A stretch of 12,777 bases of DNA from Candidatus Brocadiia bacterium. Its GTDB lineage: Bacteria; Planctomycetota; Brocadiia; SM23-32. The translations under genes and the position numbers were made by a program. The notes beneath the pieces are model-generated. The model saw only the letters and a list, made by a program, of their open reading frames with translations, was not told the origin of the DNA and did not search any database. Below, piece by piece: positions 8,250 to 12,777 of this stretch (positions within the stretch are counted from its first letter, which is position 1; every line of letters begins with the position of its first letter). Where the stretch lies: NCBI GenBank assembly GCA_046538485.1, contig JBKHIT010000094.1, forward strand, positions 1 through 12,777, written 5' to 3'.

Positions 8250-8801
8250 ATGAGTTCGACATCACAATCCGATCCAGAGATCGACCAAAAATTAAACAAC
8301 ATTAAACTTATGGCCATGGATGTTGACGGTGTTCTGACTGATGGCCTGGCATTTTACGGCAGTGACGGATTCGAAGGCCTTTCTTTCGATGTCCAGGATG
8401 GCTCGGGGATCAAATACCTCCAGCGAAACGGGATTGAAATTGCCCTGATTACCGGGCGGTCGGTGCCGGCTGTGCGCGAACGCGCTGAGACTCTGGGCAT
8501 CGAATACCTCTACCAGGGCGCGAAAGTAAAACTGGACGCTTACAAAGACCTCAAAAACAGAACCGGTTTCACCGATCAACAAATCGGCTATGCGGGCGAT
8601 GACCTCCCTGATATACCGCTGCTGCGCACCGTCGGATTGGCCGTCGCTGTCGCCAATGCCCGCGAAGAGATTAAACAGCTCGCTGACATCGTTACTACGG
8701 CCCCGGGCGGGCACGGTGCCATTCGCGAAATCGCTGAAATAATATTGAAAAGCCGTGGGACGTGGGAAAGTGTGCTGAACCGTTATTTTGAGATGACATG
8801 A
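8250..8801 (+). CDS. kdsC: 3-deoxy-D-manno-octulosonate 8-phosphate phosphatase (HAD, YrbI family)
   Basis: MDVDGVLTDG, FDVQDGSGI, ITGR, YQG..K, GDDLPD, GGHGAIRE; directly follows kdsD. Confidence 0.92.
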   Translation: MSSTSQSDPEIDQKLNNIKLMAMDVDGVLTDGLAFYGSDGFEGLSFDVQDGSGIKYLQRNGIEIALITGRSVPAVRERAETLGIEYLYQGAKVKLDAYKDLKNRTGFTDQQIGYAGDDLPDIPLLRTVGLAVAVANAREEIKQLADIVTTAPGGHGAIREIAEIILKSRGTWESVLNRYFEMT

Positions 8802-8973
8802 ACCGTGATCAAAAGAACCAAAAAATCGATCTGTTTTTCTCAGATAACATTTTCCCTTACTGGTTTAACAGAATAGCAGCTGGGCTCTGATCTAAAGACA
8901 GAAACTGTTTCACACTTTGCCGGACCATTTACCATAAAATGTGCGTTTTCACTCTCAAAGAGAGGTCAGAACA

Positions 8974-9801
8974 ATGACGGATAATGAACTGCAGCTCGAC
9001 CTGACGGGGGAAAACATCGTGCTCACGGGCGGCGCAGGCGTTCTCTGCGGCGTGATGGCCGAGGCGCTCGCCGAACGAGGCGCCGCCGTTGCATTGCTCG
9101 ATATCGATGAAGAAATGGCGGAAAAAAAGGCCTGCGCAATCAGAGATGCCGGCGGAGACGCGGTCGCGGTCATCTGCAACGTCCTCGACCGGGAGGATCT
9201 GGAGCATGCCCGAACTCTCGTCAAAGAAGCCATCGGCACCCCGACAGTTCTGATAAACGGTGCCGGAGGTAACAAATCAGATGCCACCACCGGCCCGGAC
9301 AAGGAATTTTTCGACCTGCCGGCCGATGCCGTGGAATGGGTCTTTAACCTCAATTTCGTCGGCACCTTTCTGGCATCTCAGGTTTTCGGCGAAGAAATGG
9401 CACTGGGAGAGGGAGGAAATATAATTAACATCTCAAGTATGAATGCCTTCCGCCCTCTCACCAAAATTCCCGCATACAGCGGCGCCAAAGCGGCCGTAAG
9501 CAATTTTACCCAATGGCTCGCGGTCCATATGAGCCAGAACTACAAACCGGTCGTCCGGGTCAACGCCATCGCACCTGGATTCTTCCTGACAAATCAGAAC
9601 CGTTTTCTTTTGATGGACGAAGAAACAGAAGATCTAACGCCACGCGGTTCTACAATCATCGATCACACCCCGATGGGTCGTTTCGGCGACCCCGAAGAGC
9701 TTGTCGGCACCATCTTGTGGTTGCTCAGCGACTCATCCAAATTTGTTCATGGAATCGTCGTCCCGATCGATGGAGGTTTCAGCGCATTCAGCGGAGTTTA
9801 A
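8974..9801 (+). CDS. SDR-family oxidoreductase, D-mannonate oxidoreductase (fructuronate reductase, SDR-type UxuB)-like
   Basis: TGGAGVLC Rossmann motif, LINGAGGN, NISSMNAFRPLTKIPAYSGAK (YxxxK), FTQWLAVH, RVNAIAPGFFLTNQNR, TPMGRFG, IDGGFSAFSGV, matching the SDR-type mannonate oxidoreductase subfamily. Start ATG 8974 after GAGAGG. Confidence 0.85.
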   Translation: MTDNELQLDLTGENIVLTGGAGVLCGVMAEALAERGAAVALLDIDEEMAEKKACAIRDAGGDAVAVICNVLDREDLEHARTLVKEAIGTPTVLINGAGGNKSDATTGPDKEFFDLPADAVEWVFNLNFVGTFLASQVFGEEMALGEGGNIINISSMNAFRPLTKIPAYSGAKAAVSNFTQWLAVHMSQNYKPVVRVNAIAPGFFLTNQNRFLLMDEETEDLTPRGSTIIDHTPMGRFGDPEELVGTILWLLSDSSKFVHGIVVPIDGGFSAFSGV

Positions 9802-9840
9802 TCGGCTCATCATCATTGTTCAGACGGAGGCACATAAACA

Positions 9841-11130
9841 ATGGCCAATATTGGAAACGTTGTCGTTGCTCAATCCGGGGGCCCCTCCCCCGTCATCAAC
9901 AGTTCTCTGCTCGGTGTCATCCGCGCCTGCCAAAATTACCCGGATGAATTCGGGACTATCTACGGAGGCTGGCATGGAATCGAAGGGATCCTGCAGGAAG
10001 AACTCATAAATCTCTCCGAGCAACCGGAGGAAGAAATATCACTACTTCGCACCACTCCCGCAGCCGGTGCGATCGGGACCTGTCGCTACAAACTGAAAGA
10101 AGGTCAGGACGAAGATTTCGACCGAATCATCGAGATCTTCAAAGCCCACCACGTCGGATGCTTCTTCTATATCGGCGGTAACGATTCTATGGATACCGCC
10201 AATAAAGTGGCCGAGCTGGCAGCTGAACAGGGGCTCGATCTCATATCCGTAGGCGTGCCCAAAACGATCGATAACGACGTCGGCGACTCGGAGTTCGAGC
10301 TGATCGATCACACGCCCGGTTACGGAAGCGTGGCGCGTTACTGGAGTCATATTGTTCAGAACGCGAATGAGGAAAACCGGGGTTCCTGTCCTTCCGATCC
10401 AGTGCTGATCCTGCAGGCCATGGGACGACGCATAGGATTCATCCCCGCCGCCGCCCGGCTGGCTGACCCAAAACGGGAAATGCCGCTCCAGATTTACATG
10501 GCGGAGAGCGGTGTCGATCTCGAACAGCTTACCGATAATGTCAACGACTCCCTCAAAAAATACGGCCGTTGCGTCCTGGTGGTCAGTGAAGGTTTCGATG
10601 TCGGTGAACTCGGCGAGAGCCGGGATCATTTCGGCCACGTTCAATTCAGCTCAAGCGAGACAACCGTCTGCCAGACGCTCATCAACTATCTCAACAGCGT
10701 CGGTCTGCCCGTTCCCGGGTCCGCCCGTGGTCAGGTCTACGGGACCGACCAGCGCGACACAATGATCTATGCGTCCACCGTCGATCTCGACGAAGCGCAG
10801 AAAGTCGGCCAAAAAGCCGTCGAAATCGCCGTCAGCGAAGGGAGCGGTTATATGGCCACCATCCTGCGAAAATCCGGCGATATCTACGGGGTAGAATACG
10901 ACAAAGTGCCGCTCGATAAAGTCGCCAACAGCGAGCGGGAATTCCCACCCGACTGGATCAGTGAAGATCGCATCGACGTAACCGATGGCTTCCTCAACTA
11001 CGCACGCCCGCTTATCGGCGAAGATTGGGTGAGTGTCCCGATGGTCAACGGGCGACAGCGTTTCGCAAAACTCGAAGCTATCTTTGCCGAACAAAAATTG
11101 GATAAATACGTGCCGCAAGCAAAAAGATAA
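9841..11130 (+). CDS. PfkA-family, pyrophosphate-dependent-type phosphotransferase; sugar substrate uncertain
   Basis: AQSGGPSPVIN, IGTCRYKL, YIGGNDSMDT (Asp at the PPi-specificity position), VPKTIDND (Lys), QAMGR, VSEG, GTDQR. RBS GGAGG upstream. Confidence 0.88.
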   Translation: MANIGNVVVAQSGGPSPVINSSLLGVIRACQNYPDEFGTIYGGWHGIEGILQEELINLSEQPEEEISLLRTTPAAGAIGTCRYKLKEGQDEDFDRIIEIFKAHHVGCFFYIGGNDSMDTANKVAELAAEQGLDLISVGVPKTIDNDVGDSEFELIDHTPGYGSVARYWSHIVQNANEENRGSCPSDPVLILQAMGRRIGFIPAAARLADPKREMPLQIYMAESGVDLEQLTDNVNDSLKKYGRCVLVVSEGFDVGELGESRDHFGHVQFSSSETTVCQTLINYLNSVGLPVPGSARGQVYGTDQRDTMIYASTVDLDEAQKVGQKAVEIAVSEGSGYMATILRKSGDIYGVEYDKVPLDKVANSEREFPPDWISEDRIDVTDGFLNYARPLIGEDWVSVPMVNGRQRFAKLEAIFAEQKLDKYVPQAKR

Positions 11131-11185
11131 TCCCTGCGAAAATCTCGATACTTTGACCAAACTCATTTTCCGAAAGGAGTTCGTT

Positions 11186-12073
11186 GTGGCTGACCCGCAA
11201 GCACCTCTGAGAGATTTCGAACCCGCGCATGATTTTATCGTAGCAATCGACTCCGACGGTTGCGCGTTCAACACGATGGAAGTCAAACACAAGGCCTGTT
11301 TCTATCCCATGGTCGTCCGACACTGGGGGCTGGCCGGAATCGCCAAACAAACCCGTGACGTCTGGGATTTTGTCAATCTTTATTCCACCACCCGCGGATG
11401 CAACCGTTTCCACGCGCTGATCCACACACTGGATTTCGTGCGCGAGATGGAAAGTGTCAGGGAAAGTGAAGTCGAGGTGCCCCAGGCCGCCGGCGTGCGG
11501 GAATGGAAGGAACGGGAAACGAAACTCGGCAACCCGGCCCTGAAAGCCGAAGTGGGAAAAAATCCGGATCCTGATCTTAAACGGGCTCTCGGATGGTCCC
11601 TCGACATCAATAAACAGGTCGAGAAAACGGTCAAAAACGTCCCGCCCTTCCCTCTTGTGCGGGATTCTCTCGAAAAAATCACGCCCCGGGCGGACGCCAT
11701 CGTGGTTTCCGCAACCCCCAACGAGGCGCTGAAACGCGAATGGGAAGAACACGACATTGCACAATACGTCGAGGTTATCGCCGGACAGGAACGGGGTAGC
11801 AAAGCAGAACACCTCAGTCTCGCCGCCGAGCCCAACTACCCATCCGATCACATTCTGATGGTCGGCGATTCTCCGGGCGATATGAAATCAGCAAAATCCG
11901 TTGACGCCCTCTTTTTTCCGATCTTCCCCGGGGAAGAAGAACATTCCTGGGAAATCTTCTACAACGAGGCGCTCGACAAATTCTTCGCGGGCGAATACGC
12001 GGGGAGCTACGAGCAGGAGCTGATCGACGAATACAACCAGCACCTGCCGGAAACACCCCCGTGGAAGGAATAG
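11186..12073 (+). CDS. HAD-superfamily phosphatase (295 aa)
   Basis: Motif I IDSDGC (DxD), motif II VVSAT, motif III K (GSKAEH), motif IV MVGDSPGD. Start reassigned to in-frame GTG 11186 with AAGGAG at 11174-11179; the ORF-track start 11033 overlaps the upstream gene. Confidence 0.88.
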   Translation: MADPQAPLRDFEPAHDFIVAIDSDGCAFNTMEVKHKACFYPMVVRHWGLAGIAKQTRDVWDFVNLYSTTRGCNRFHALIHTLDFVREMESVRESEVEVPQAAGVREWKERETKLGNPALKAEVGKNPDPDLKRALGWSLDINKQVEKTVKNVPPFPLVRDSLEKITPRADAIVVSATPNEALKREWEEHDIAQYVEVIAGQERGSKAEHLSLAAEPNYPSDHILMVGDSPGDMKSAKSVDALFFPIFPGEEEHSWEIFYNEALDKFFAGEYAGSYEQELIDEYNQHLPETPPWKE

Positions 12074-12110
12074 CTCCTTAATTCCCGCACAAAACGCGTC
12101 AGGAAGGAGG

Positions 12111-12199
12111 CGGGGCCAGATACAGGTTCGCCAGCAGAGGCGATATCACAGCCCCCTGCGGGTGCCTCGCTCCGGTGTCCAGAGTTCCGCGCCTTCCAA
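12111..12199 (-). pseudogene. Frameshifted fragment of a group II intron-type reverse transcriptase (PQG motif region)
   Basis: Minus strand TTG GAA GGC GCG GAA CTC TGG ACA CCG GAG CGA GGC ACC = LEGAELWTPERGT, then after a 1-nt deletion (nt 12160-12162) CCG CAG GGG GCT GTG ATA TCG CCT CTG CTG GCG AAC CTG TAT CTG GCC CCG = PQGAVISPLLANLYLAP; stop at 12101-12099. GTPQGxxxSPLLANxYL is the hallmark of group II intron RTs. Confidence 0.88.
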
Positions 12200-12503
12200 G
12201 GAATTTGCGATGTAGGTCTTTTCACTGCCCGGGAGCCGGACATTCCCCGAAAATCCCGGCGGACGTCTGCTCTCGGTCGGGGCGCAAATTCCTGAATTTT
12301 CCTTCGGAACAGAATGCTGGATTCAGCCATCCCGGATCCCGTTCCCTGAGCTGGGATCACTGGATAGCCTCGTAGCCAAACCGTTGACAGGCAAGCGGAC
12401 TGGACTTCAGAACCGCTCTCGCGGGGCTGGAGTTCAGAACGCGGTCCATCACCCGGCCGATCTTCCCGCAAACCAGTGATGTTCACGGCACCGGCCCGCG
12501 CAA
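12111..12503 (-). mobile_element. Truncated, internally deleted group II intron remnant: putative 5' end and domain I-like RNA joined to the RT fragment
   Basis: Upstream of the RT fragment: candidate 5' boundary TTGCG (12503-12499, a variant of GUGYG), nested stems (GCGG..CTGAAGTCCAG..CCGC; CTATCC/GATCCC..GGGATC/GGATGG; CCCCGA..TCGGGG) and a perfect 11-bp inverted repeat (12199-12209 / 12283-12293). No domain V/VI or YADD motif seen. The RNA assignment is an inference. Confidence 0.5.
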
Positions 12504-12598
12504 CGTCCCGCGCGCCAACGGCGCGCTATGGACTGCGGTGTGTTAAAACGGGCCGAAGACGCGTACCTGTTTAGCGTATCAATTGCCGTTCCAAAAGA

Positions 12599-12752
12599 GG
12601 CCCGTAGGGCCGGATCAGACGTAGCGCCGGGCGAGCCCGGGCTATTGCGGGGAGCCCGGGGTTAGGGGTTTGAGGGACGTGCCGGCTGCTTCCCAATGCT
12701 AACCCGGGGCTCGTTCGGCCAAAACAGCGGCCTCATTTCGCCCCGGGCTACG
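12599..12752. repeat. Inverted pair of GTAG-type REP-like palindromes (REPIN-like) plus a small flanking hairpin
   Basis: Copy 1 (+, 12620-12665): CGTAGCGCCGGGCGA...GAGCCCGGGGTTAG. Copy 2 (-, 12752-12699): CGTAGCCCGGGGCGA...GAGCCCCGGGTTAG. Each is an internal palindrome starting with GTAG; spacer 33 nt. Hairpin GGCCC-GTA-GGGCC at 12599-12611. Confidence 0.65.
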
Positions 12753-12777
12753 GCGTGAATTGTCGTGATAGAGCACC

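Noticed and set aside
3278..12056. Long antisense or alternate-frame ORFs (e.g. 4111-4821, 5230-5886, 10042-10644, 10651-11292, 11078-11851)
   Set aside because: They overlap well-supported plus-strand genes and show no motifs; typical shadow ORFs.
5960..12199. Diversity-generating retroelement (C-terminal FGE/CLec domain as target plus RT sequence)
   Set aside because: I saw no template-repeat copy of the 3' end of the FGE gene (~6050-6190) and no avd-like gene. The RT fragment has the group II intron PQG...SP motif rather than the DGR SQ motif and is only 30 codons. A remote TR cannot be excluded without a genome-wide BLASTN.
12007..12486. 159-aa minus-strand ORF and the 66-aa plus-strand ORF at 12175-12375
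   Set aside because: No recognisable motifs, and the longer one overlaps the HAD 3' end. The real signal (RT motif) lies in the other two minus-strand frames.
12599..12752. CRISPR array
   Set aside because: Only two units, inverted rather than direct, with no regular repeat-spacer period and no cas genes.

Overview
Mostly chromosomal housekeeping and envelope genes from a moderately GC-rich Gram-negative-type bacterium; the kinase/TPR/FGE architecture would fit a Planctomycetota-like organism (inference only). Left arm, minus strand: xerD, a small 2-TM protein, a DUF374 acyltransferase-like gene, and a signal-peptide-bearing C45-family Ntn hydrolase that the ORF track missed (it runs off the left edge and may be interrupted there). 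Back-to-back sigma70-type promoters separate these from a plus-strand run. That run holds a ~1030-aa membrane protein (probable Ser/Thr pseudokinase, TM helix, TPR-like repeats, non-catalytic FGE/CLec domain), a KdkA-like Kdo kinase, kdsD and kdsC. It continues with a compact sugar-acid-type operon: UxuB-like SDR, a PPi-type PfkA homologue with an altered sugar-phosphate site, and a HAD phosphatase. The apparently non-coding right end hides, on the minus strand, a frameshifted group II intron reverse-transcriptase fragment (WTPERGT/PQGAVISPLLANLYL) joined to ~300 nt of structured intron-like sequence, followed by an inverted pair of GTAG-type REP-like palindromes. Best candidates for new biology: the SDR-PPi kinase-HAD operon and the pseudokinase receptor upstream of the Kdo genes.
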